DNA of 64,000 nucleotides, taken from positions 2,528,001 through 2,592,000 of the forward strand of contig CBDCJV010000002.1 of the NCBI GenBank assembly GCA_965217895.1, read 5' to 3'. Of the stretch, positions 19,189-27,690 are shown piece after piece. Origin of the DNA: Waterburya sp. GTDB taxonomy: Bacteria > Cyanobacteriota > Cyanobacteriia > Cyanobacteriales > Xenococcaceae. Position numbers and translations under genes: made by a program. Positions within the stretch are counted from its first letter, which is position 1; each line of letters starts with the position of its first letter. The notes under the pieces were generated by a model. That model was not told the DNA's origin. It saw nothing but the letters and a program-made list of their open reading frames with translations, and ran no database searches.

Positions 19189-20343
19189 TAGAAGCCATTT
19201 GGGATCTTGGTAAAAGAGGTATAATCAGGTCAAAATGCCTTATTCAAGCAGTTTGACCGATAAAGAGGGGGAAATTGTTGAACCCCTATTGCCTAAGAAG
19301 AAAAGAACCAAGCCTCCAACATGGAGCAAAAGAGAAATCTTGGATGGGGTTTTGTATCAACTCAAGAACGGCTGTAACTGGTGTGATTTACCGAAAGATT
19401 TACCACCTTACTCAACAGTATTTTGGCATTACAAACAGTGGCGAGGACAAGGAGTAATCGAAGATATCAGGGATGTATTACATGGTCAAGTCCGTCAACA
19501 AATAAAAAAAAACCAAATGGACAACCTTAATCATAATCGATTCACAAGCGTTCACAAGTAGCAAGTAGCAAGTAGCAAGTAGCAATTTTACCTCTCGTTA
19601 AAACAAGAGGATTGAAACAAAGAAATGTGTTTTATTTTTTTTCGTCTTTAAAGAGCGCAACGCGCAAGCGTTGCCAGTCGTCTTCAACGACGATCTGAGC
19701 CTTTCAGGCTCTGCGCTTTAGACCAACTTCGGAGTTACTTAATTGCTATCTGTTATCTGCGCGAACTCCACGCGGCTGCTACTTAACTCCGAAGGAGTTG
19801 GTAAAAAATACTTGTAACGCCAGTGTAGAGTCTAAGGGGTTTTGTTTTTACAAATCTACGAACGGAATTAAGAGGCATTTAGCGGTAGATACTTGGGGTT
19901 TTCCTTTCTTGACTCACTGCACCAAAGCTTCAGTGTCAGATGATCTGGGTTTAATTGAAATGTTGTCAGATAACATTGATTACTTCAAATCGAAGCCTGT
20001 CAACATTCCTAGGATAACCATTCTACTTGACAATGGATACCACCCAGAAAAATTAATCCAGGAGTTGACCAAAATTTAGCCTCAGATCATGACCAAGAGC
20101 AAATTTTTGCTCTCGCCCAAACCGTCGAAAGCACAAAAGAAAAAGGAAGGAAAAACAGGATTTGTACCAGTTAAAGCTAGGTGGGTTATAGAAAGAACCA
20201 ATTCCTGGATGCAAAGGTGCAAAAGTTTAGTCAAGAATTTTGAAAGAACTCTTGAGAATGCCACCACCGAGATTAACCTTTGTTTTGTCAGACTGATGCT
20301 CAAAAGATTAGCTGCTGGTTAGATAGATCCCAAATAGGTTCTA
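19189..20343 (+). mobile_element. IS5-family element with disrupted transposase
   Basis: TIRs TAGAAGCCATTTGGGATCT / AGATCCCAAATAGGTTCTA; MPYSSSLTD...WCDLPKDLPPYSTV, IDSQA|VKNT, RWVIERTNSW; about 250-bp insert at 19550-19800 and internal stop at 20077-20079. Confidence 0.92.
19550..19800 (+). mobile_element. Non-autonomous repeat element inserted in the IS5 transposase
   Basis: Ends GTTCACAAGTAGC(AAGTAGC)n and TGCTACTTAACTCCGAAGGAGTTG; the same ends occur inverted at 48451-48812. Confidence 0.8.
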
Positions 20344-20360
20344 TAATAAATTGATAATTA

Positions 20361-20609
20361 TTGCTTCCCGTGTTGGTAGACAATACTCCAGCTGGATGCA
20401 AGAAGGCTCAGAAGCGATATGCCAAGGAGTATCGCAAAAATGTCAACCGTTGGAGTTACGCTCGTTTGTGTGATGCAATTAAATCAAAAGCTGCTCAGAA
20501 AAATCTTGCTATAGAATGCGATCTCCAAATTTCTAATGGAACACCAGAAATACAAGCCAGAGATTTAGCTTTAACTGCTTACAACAATCGTCACAAAGCA
20601 ACAGGCTAG
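20361..20609 (+). pseudogene. cas12k: C-terminal fragment of type V-K effector Cas12k
   Basis: GCKKAQKRYAKEYRKNVNRWSYARLCDAIKSKAAQKNLAIE...GTPEIQARDLALTAYNNR matches the Cas12k C-terminal pattern (AQKKYAKQYRxNVHRWSYGRL...LALSAY); followed by tracrRNA and repeats. Confidence 0.9.
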
Positions 20610-20667
20610 AGCAAAGCTTTTAAACATTTATTATAGTTTTTTTGTACCTAGACAATTTATTATTAAA

Positions 20668-20770
20668 GTAATGTGCGCCGTATATTCCAATCTGGAATTA
20701 CGATAAGTGTGGGGTTGTTTGGCTGTTTAGAAAACAGTCTTACTTTCTGACCTCTGTAGCTACTAGCTCA
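20668..20770 (+). ncRNA. Type V-K tracrRNA, 5' portion (3' half apparently deleted)
   Basis: GCGCCG...GGGTTGTTTGGCTGTTTAGAAAACAGTCTTACTTTCTGACCTCTGTAGCT resembles the V-K tracrRNA core, including the CTTTC anti-repeat that pairs with repeat GAAAG; boundaries approximate. Confidence 0.8.
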
Positions 20771-20852
20771 CAGTGCTTGACTCAGTTAAGCAAAGCATTT
20801 CATTCTTGATGAATAAATTTGTGGAGAATAGATAAAGGTTTATATGGGCGGT

Positions 20853-20960
20853 GTTGCTTCGACTCTGCCGATGTAGAAGATGTTAAAAGTCAATGACAAT
20901 AAACATTCTTAACAACTAAACTGGTTGCTACGACTCTCCCAATGTGGGAGATGTTGAGAT
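20853..20960 (+). CRISPR. Degenerate mini CRISPR array: two 37-nt repeats and one 34-nt spacer
   Basis: R1 20853-20889 GTTGCTTCGACTCTGCCGATGTAGAAGATGTTAAAAG; spacer 20890-20923; R2 20924-20960 GTTGCTACGACTCTCCCAATGTGGGAGATGTTGAGAT; 29/37 identical. Confidence 0.8.
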
Positions 20961-20964
20961 TATT

Positions 20965-20996
20965 GGAAAAGTTGAAAGGAGCAAAGGACTGAAAAT
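20965..20996 (+). CRISPR. Truncated repeat plus short homing spacer against tRNA-Phe
   Basis: GGAAAAGTTGAAAG then GAGCAAAGGACTGAAAAT (20979-20996); AGGACTGAAAAT is the exact reverse complement of 21265-21276 in the adjacent tRNA-Phe fragment. Confidence 0.85.
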
Positions 20997-21014
20997 TTAT
21001 AAACGCAGTCCTAT

Positions 21015-21182
21015 TTTTTGACATTAATATTAATTCTTTAAATCTGATTTTTTTAGCAAAAATATTTGCAATCTAATTATAGGAAAACACATTCATAGGC
21101 TCAAACATTTATAAAATCGTTCAAGCCATGCAGTTTTTTGACATTAATTATTTAAAACTGACAAATAATTCTTTAATGTACA
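21015..21182 (-). mobile_element. CAST transposon end (tRNA-proximal) with TnsB-binding sites
   Basis: Terminal TGTACA at 21177-21182; TGACA(T/A)(T/A)(A/T)A motifs at 21019, 21139 and 21159. Confidence 0.85.
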
Positions 21183-21230
21183 GGCACTTACAACCTTTGG
21201 AGGAAGCTAGATTCGCTTATATTCTTTAAG

Positions 21231-21277
21231 TGCCGGGAGGCAGACTTGAACTGCCGACACGAGGATTTTCAGTCCTC
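21231..21277 (-). tRNA. 3' fragment (47 nt) of tRNA-Phe(GAA), att-site-like; not a complete tRNA
   Basis: Reverse complement GAGGACTGAAAATCCTCGTGTCGGCAGTTCAAGTCTGCCTCCCGGCA contains anticodon arm, T arm and acceptor 3' strand; 5' half absent. Confidence 0.92.
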
Positions 21278-21322
21278 AAACAAATCTCTTAGTATCAATA
21301 GTTCTAGAGTTTGTAAAATATA

Positions 21323-21344
21323 TTTACACCCAATTTACACCCAA
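21323..21344. repeat. Tandem TTTACACCCAA x2, candidate integrase arm-type sites
   Basis: Perfect 11-bp tandem repeat about 45 bp inside the tRNA fragment; function inferred. Confidence 0.5.
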
Positions 21345-21415
21345 AATTCATATTAAAATTAAAGAACTGTCTTATATTATGAATCCCTGACAATAGCTTC
21401 ATTCTTTAATTATTT

Positions 21416-22521
21416 GGGAGCATCCCATTTTGGCAAATAGACTAAGCAGCAATTTGTCCATTAAGATAAGCACAGCGTAATCGCAGCATTGAACTAACTG
21501 AATCTGGATTCCATTGTGAGCCTGAAATTTTTAGACGGCGATCGAGTTGCTTTATAGCTGATTCAACTGCTCGCCTCACCAATTGAAATATGATACTCAG
21601 TTTGTAGCAACTCGTAATTAACTAAACGATGACGGTGTTTTTCGATATAAGCTAAAAACTTTCGCGCCCGTCTAGGACATTCTTGCTCGAATAAAGCGAT
21701 CGCTTGCTCTACTTTTCCTGACCACAAAAATGTTTCTACTTGTCTCAGGCGTTTTAATGAACCACCAACTTTAAACAAATTTTCTTTCAGATGAAACCAA
21801 TCTAAAATTTCATATCGTTGTTGTGTCGTAGCAATTCGACTGAAAAGATTCCACACTCCTGAATGACCATCCCCCAAACAGATTAGAGGATTAGTTAATA
21901 CTTGAGAATCGATCCATGCAGTTAACTCTTCTTTTCCTCGGAATGTTGCCCCATAGTAGACTCCCGATAAACGTGCTGCTTGATAATCTCGCCATTCACA
22001 TTTTTCTCCTAGGGTTGGAGTTCTTAAGCTCACTTTGCCTCCATCATTGCACACCTCATTGATCGCTATTGGACTAGCGGGAAAATCTAAATGCTCTTTT
22101 TCTGTTTCTGTATAGACTTGTCTTTGTAATGTGCTATGCCCTACTTTCATTCCTGTCAGTAAAAACAAGTCTTGTTCTGCTTGAGAAAATGATTCATTGG
22201 CACTCAGACACAAGCAGCATTTTTGAAGCAAAGGACTAATACGGGTCCTTGCTTGTACACCTAGTTTTTCTAATTGTCGGTGACGTAGACGTAGTTTTCC
22301 TACGGAGCTTTTGATTATTCGCTCTTTCCCGATGTTTGTTTTGGTCTTTTGTTCGATAAAAAAAATGCCATCTCAGGTCCTACTGATTCCAAAAGATGTT
22401 CTCTAACTGCTTTTTCTATGTGCTCCAGGGTTTGACATTTATCTGGTGCAGTATTGCGATACAAAATTTTTGATAGTTCTTGGACACATTCTTGTACACG
22501 AGCTTTATCTGATGGGGTCAT
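21416..22521 (-). mobile_element. ISKra4-family element, frameshifted transposase
   Basis: orfA MTPSDKARVQECVQELSKILYRNT (22315-22521); orfB DGGKV, CLGDGHSGVW, EILDWFHLKEN; IGSGAVES motif frameshifted near 21570; stop at 21442; end GGGAGCATCCCATTTT. Confidence 0.85.
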
Positions 22522-22715
22522 TAGCTTTCTTCATCACTCAAGTCTTCTTTTAGTTTGCTCCCCATCCCTCCTATTTCTCTACTTCTTCTGTTTTTCTTCC
22601 AAATTGAGTTTTGTTTGTTGCCTACATTTTTGTCTACCAATTTTCTAGCACTTTTAGTCTTATCAAACGGAAAATTTCTCAATATTTAAATATATTAATC
22701 TGAAATTTATTTAAC

Positions 22716-25673
22716 TTAACCTTCTGCAAAATCCTGGGACTCAAACTTGAGTGTGTGACAATTTTCCCTAATTGTCCGAATTACATTTTCTGGAATGCCA
22801 CTTTCTACTTCAGCTTCAATTTCTAAAGTGACTTTAACTTTCGCCCCAACTAAACTAATTAGATGCTGCAAAATTTCATCAGCTATTTGCGAAGCATCTC
22901 TATTGATTCGTTCCGAATCCAATTCTACAGAGCCATAGAATCGCTTTTTGGGTTGTTGAGGTTCAATTATAGTAACTATAGAGGAATTAGCTGTCATCTC
23001 TGTAGAATTGATAGATAGAGAAACGGAATCTGTTATGTAACTACTAGTGGTAGTTTTAACTGTTTTTTCGTTCTTATTGTTGCCCGAAGATGTATATTCT
23101 AATTTTTGTTTTTCTTCTTTTTCTATTTTAAATTGAGCTGACGCTACTTCTGGTTTAACTAAAAAATCAGAACTGCTGAAATTGGGAACAATTGGCTGAC
23201 CTGCTGTCAACCTTAAATATCTTCCTGTGGCTTCATCAAAACCACTGGCATAAGCAAAATTTTCTTGCCAAGAACATAAATCTTTTCCCACTCCATTTGC
23301 GATCGCATCTAATAAAACCTGTTCGTTTTTGAGTCGTGTAGGAAAATTAGTAAATTTTTACAATAACGGGGTGCAGAACTTTTGCTATCTAATATTTGTT
23401 TGGCTTGCGTTAACGCATTACTACTATCAGCTTTGCTACTGTGGTTCAGGTTTGGATGAAGTAGCACCAATCTTACTCCCATTGTTAATTCATCAGGCAC
23501 ATCAGAAGAGGAACTGGGTGCAATATGAACTCCCGCAAAATCGCCCTTTTCTTTGTCTTGCTTGAGTCTTCTAATAATTTCATCCCAGGTTCGATCTTCT
23601 CTAATTTGGGTAGCGCGGTCAACAGCAGTACGGGTAACGTTTGGCTGAGTATCAATCCAATAGCGATCGCTAGAATCGACATAAAGATAAGTCGCTTGGT
23701 TAGTCAGTCGGCGCAGGGCATCGCCAAAGGTTGCTACATTTTCTCCTGGTTGGGTACAGCCTAATTTGATTCGGCGAATGTCTAAGCCTTTGTTAGCAGC
23801 TTTTTGTAGTGGTGCTGAACCCATATAGATAGTTCGTGTTACCCGACGACAAGCAGAATAACGTCCTAAATTAGAATGTTGACGGTCGAGATCGACGGGA
23901 AGAGAGTTTGTGCCATCTACATCTTTATCGATAATCGGTCGCCATTGATCGTCTAGATAACGAGTCAATTCTGACTGTACCTGAGAATCAGCCATTGGTA
24001 TATTGGCAGGAAGAATCATCAGATTTTTATCGTTCTCTTGCCAGAGATAACTAATGACCTTTGCCATCAAGCGCAATACTCCACGAGTGCGTTGGAATTT
24101 GTCTAAACTAGACCAATCTTCGTATAAACGTTCAAACAGTTCGGGATGAATCGGATAAGCATCTGTAATTCTTCTTTCGTAATCTTTTTCACGACATTCT
24201 GCGGGGAATTCTGTCTTTTGAGCGCGATACATCTGACTAAATGCTCGAATTACAGTATCACGGGCAGTAAATAAACTAGGATCGATAATATCTTTAAACA
24301 GACGACGACGGACAATATGAAAGCTTTCTTCGGCAGAGGCAGGCTGCCAAGGAGATTCTACCCGACCAATAGCATTTTTGAGACGATTCAAAGCCTCAAA
24401 ACCTTTTTCACCACCAATCTCAATATCTGAAGCAGGAATACTAACTACCAGTAATGTATTATCAGCATTTTTAGCTGATTCACTTAGGGTTTGAGCAAAG
24501 GTAAAGTGGGTATCAAAATCTCCAGCGGGAAGATCTTTCTTATAATGCAGTTGACGAGCATAGGCTACCCATTCATCAATGAGGATTAGACAAGGTGAAT
24601 ATCGGTTGAATAGGTCTTTAAGCTTATCACCAGGATTGGTAGAGTTTTCATCTGCTTCTCGTAGCATTTCATAGCCTTCTTTGCCCCCAAGTTGCCAAGC
24701 AATTTCTCCCCAAAGAGTTTTAACTACTGTGCCATCTTTTTTGCGATCGGGAGTTCCAGGATCGATTTTATTTCCTACCAGAACAGCAGTATTAACGTTT
24801 TTAGGTGGATTATCAATTCCAGTTTGGGTAAAAATAGCTTCACATCCGGGTAAATCTTTAGCAGAAACACCAAAGCACAGATGGTACAGAGCTAACATAG
24901 CATGGGTTTTACCACCACCAAAGTTAGTTTGTAGTTCAATTACGGGGTCGCCCCCTTTGCCACTGAGACGAATTAAAGCGTTAGCGAGTAAATCTTTAAG
25001 TCCTTCAGTAAGATAGGTGCGGTGAAAGAACTCTGTAGGGTCGCGATATTCATCGGCGCAGTTTTTATCATCTAGGTACACTTGCCATAAATCGGCTGCG
25101 AATTCGGCTTGTTGAAAACGTCCAGAAGCTACATCGTCGTGAGGGGTTACTATTTCTCGCCAGGGTTTTAAAACCACCTTGAGGATCGCTTTCAATTGCC
25201 ACATTGGTTGCTTTGCGTTTTTCATGGCGGGCTTGTTCTTCAAAGCGCAGACGTAATAGTTCTTGTTTTTGTTTTTCTACTGTATCTGCTTGGGGTGCGG
25301 AGATGGAAGAGAGTAGTCTGGCTGTACTGTCTAAAGCACGGTAGGCATCATCTGTAGTGAAGTTATTGCCGTGCGCCCAATCATTGCGAACTGTTTTTAG
25401 TTCCCCCACCAGATTGCGTTCGGCGTTTCCCAGAGTTTTTTTGAAGACATTGTGCCATTCACCGAAAATAACGTTTATTAGATCGGTTACATCCTGTTGT
25501 AATCTTTCGGCGGTAGTTCGCTTGAGGTTACGGTCTTCATATAAATGGCTCAGGGCATGATTTTCCCAATGTTCGTTATAGGCAGAACGCATTTCTCTTT
25601 CTACGAAGGGATACAAGCCTTCTTTGAGGATATCTAATGCTCTGCCTACTCTTTCTTTGTTGGTAATAGCCAT
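22716..25673 (-). pseudogene. Swt1-like HEPN + DUF499 AAA+ ATPase, broken into three ORFs
   Basis: HEPN RNDWAH; LQTNFGGGKTH; LIDEWVAY; YPIHPE; FQRTRGVLR; +1 frameshift in a T-run near 25170 and an internal deletion near 23340. Confidence 0.88.
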
Positions 25674-25970
25674 GTGGGAACTCTGCTCGTGAAACGACCT
25701 CGCCTTATGCGAGATCGCAATAACCTTAGAGTTCCCGAATATTAAGCAAAAGTTAAACTACTAGGGGTAATTCTGTATTTTTGCTGATTATTCGCGCTTA
25801 AGCGTTGTCAATGTTAACTCTTACTTCAGCGATAGCCTTATCACTTTCCCAGGGACTTTTGCTCTTGAATAGTTTTATTAGTTTAGGATCGGGTTCAAAG
25901 TCTTCAATAGCAAAATATTGAAGATCGGTTTTTTTAAGAAGGAATATTTATCGCTCGCGATAATTACTAT

Positions 25971-26393
25971 TCATAATTGACTTGGGTTAGGATTCCAAAA
26001 TTCTATGTTTTTGAAAATACTAAAGTCTCTATAGTTAAGAGTCCAAATCGGACAACGGTAACGTAAAGCAGTAATTGCTACAGTTGCATCCTCTAAGCTA
26101 CCGCGCCACTGAGGTAAAGAAAAAACTAGAGCCTGTACTTCAAGATGCATAGAGTCATCCATGCTAATAAAATGCAAGCTTTCTTTCATAGTTTTGAGGG
26201 TATTTTGAGCGACTTGGGGAGTAGTTCTTTGTAATAGCCACTTGTATACTTCAAACACTATAGGTAATGGAGTCAATAGTATAGTTCTCGATTGACTTAA
26301 TTCAGTGAACCCCGAAACACACAAACTATGATGTGTGTCTTTAGCGTAAAATAGAGCAATTAGAGGGGCTGCATCGATAACGATTTGTTTCAA
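25971..26393 (-). CDS. PIN-domain (VapC-like) toxin
   Basis: IVIDAAPLIA...FEVY...SLEDA...WTLNYRDF; overlaps the upstream small gene by 4 bp. Confidence 0.85.
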   Translation of the reverse strand: MKQIVIDAAPLIALFYAKDTHHSLCVSGFTELSQSRTILLTPLPIVFEVYKWLLQRTTPQVAQNTLKTMKESLHFISMDDSMHLEVQALVFSLPQWRGSLEDATVAITALRYRCPIWTLNYRDFSIFKNIEFWNPNPSQL

Positions 26394-26602
26394 ATTTCAC
26401 GATCCTCTGGGTGTTCGTCGGCGTTATAAGGAGCTTCGGTAACAATTCCTGCTAGGGTTAATAGTTTAGAAGTATCTCTAAAAATTAATTTAGTTTCTAA
26501 AGCTTCTTTTACGAGACTAAAAAAAGTTTCCTCTGGATGTTCTTGTAAATAAGTATCTAGGCTTTGAGCTAATTCTTCTGGTAAATCGATAACGCGCTTC
26601 AT
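26390..26602 (-). CDS. Putative antitoxin (RHH-like)
   Basis: 70 aa, MKRVIDLPEELAQSLDTYL, acidic tail, translationally coupled to the PIN gene. Confidence 0.7.
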   Translation of the reverse strand: MKRVIDLPEELAQSLDTYLQEHPEETFFSLVKEALETKLIFRDTSKLLTLAGIVTEAPYNADEHPEDREI

Positions 26603-26615
26603 GATTTGATTTTTT

Positions 26616-26744
26616 TTAGATTTCTAATTCTCCTTGTACCATTTTTTCTGACTGTTGTTCCATTGCAGCTAAACGAGATATTTCTGACCAGGAAGTAACC
26701 AGACTATTATAAGAAATTGCCTCCTGTGTCCAGCCCTGGCGATC
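26616..26744 (-). repeat. Diverged 129-bp duplicate of the DUF1156 gene 3' end (27691-27819)
   Basis: Ungapped alignment from the stop codon to GGCGATC in both copies. Confidence 0.9.
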
Positions 26745-26814
26745 AATTTTCTCAAAGTGTCCAAAAGGATTAGCTTCGCGTCCGATCGCACTATCTTCAA
26801 ATTTTGCAGATTAA

Positions 26815-27348
26815 TCAACAAACTAAAGCACGAGCTTTTTCTTTCAAATTGTGATCGTAGTTTAGATTCTGATTTTGCTTTTCTAAATTAAACTGCATCG
26901 CAAATTCTGCTACTTCTAGTAAGGCGGTATCTATGTTTTTCCCTCTTTTTTGATACCATTTGAGTACTTCTGCTAAGTGCCAATTTAATGATTTACCATC
27001 GCTATTAATCGGAAATGGAAAAGTGTCTATGTGACTATTTTTTAGCTTGAGGATGTTCTGTCTACGACAGTTCATAATAGTTGCGATCTCTGGAATACCT
27101 ACAACGTCTGGAGAGATGTAGTAAAGTTCGGAATCAGGTACAACACTTTTTACATTTTCAATTGCACTATAAATAGCCTCAATCGCACTATCAGAGCTAC
27201 GAATAAAATCTAATCCTATATATCCTCTCTGACCTATACCCAGTAAAGCATCATCGCATCCTGCTTCAAACAATCTATCTTCGTAGATGCTTGGATCTGC
27301 TTTGTGGTCGGCTAATTTAAAATGCAATGCAAAATCATATTCGTTCAT
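26815..27348 (-). CDS. Putative antitoxin: HicB-like N-terminus plus HTH DNA-binding domain
   Basis: LFEAGCDDALLGIG...LDFIR; PDVVGIPEIATIMNCRRQNI...FPFP...WHLAEVLKW. Confidence 0.65.
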   Translation of the reverse strand: MNEYDFALHFKLADHKADPSIYEDRLFEAGCDDALLGIGQRGYIGLDFIRSSDSAIEAIYSAIENVKSVVPDSELYYISPDVVGIPEIATIMNCRRQNILKLKNSHIDTFPFPINSDGKSLNWHLAEVLKWYQKRGKNIDTALLEVAEFAMQFNLEKQNQNLNYDHNLKEKARALVC

Positions 27349-27360
27349 AGTATTAAAATT

Positions 27361-27621
27361 CTATCGCTCAGTATCTTTATTTATGCAGCGGTCTACAACA
27401 CGCCGTATTGCTCTGGCATGATTCTGGGGTTTTCTCGGCGTAGACCAAACACTTTCAAGACAAAATTTTCCACATCTACACTCAGGATCGTTATAAGGAC
27501 ATTTCAGCCTAGCCCAAGCGTGTGAACTCGAACCAGCTTCTACAACTTCCCATCCATTTTCGACGGCGTATTTTACAGCATCATTAATATCTTTATTAGG
27601 ATGTTTTTTCACGTTATACAA
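27361..27621 (-). CDS. Small Cys-rich protein, putative HicA-like toxin
   Basis: 86 aa; GWEVVEAGSSSH resembles the HicA GW...GSH pattern; CPYNDPECRCGKFC; VWSTPR. Confidence 0.6.
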   Translation of the reverse strand: MYNVKKHPNKDINDAVKYAVENGWEVVEAGSSSHAWARLKCPYNDPECRCGKFCLESVWSTPRKPQNHARAIRRVVDRCINKDTER

Positions 27622-27690
27622 TTCAAATTATAATTTAAAAGTTGTCCAATGACAACCATAACAAAAAATACGCTGCATGATTTTAGCCTG

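Noticed and set aside
19556..19584. (CAAGTAG)n heptamer run as a CRISPR or coding repeat
   Set aside because: Short tandem repeat with no spacers; part of the inserted element
20361..20609. Interpretation as a TnpB fragment
   Set aside because: No C-terminal zinc finger or RuvC-III Asp motif; context of tracrRNA, GTTGAAAG repeat end and TGTACA terminus indicates Cas12k
21231..21277. Functional tRNA-Phe gene
   Set aside because: D-arm and 5' acceptor strand are missing; I found no complete copy in the window
25068..25673. Stand-alone HEPN toxin gene
   Set aside because: Joins the DUF499 ORF through a one-base homopolymer frameshift (GG-LKPWRE), so it is the N-terminus of one gene
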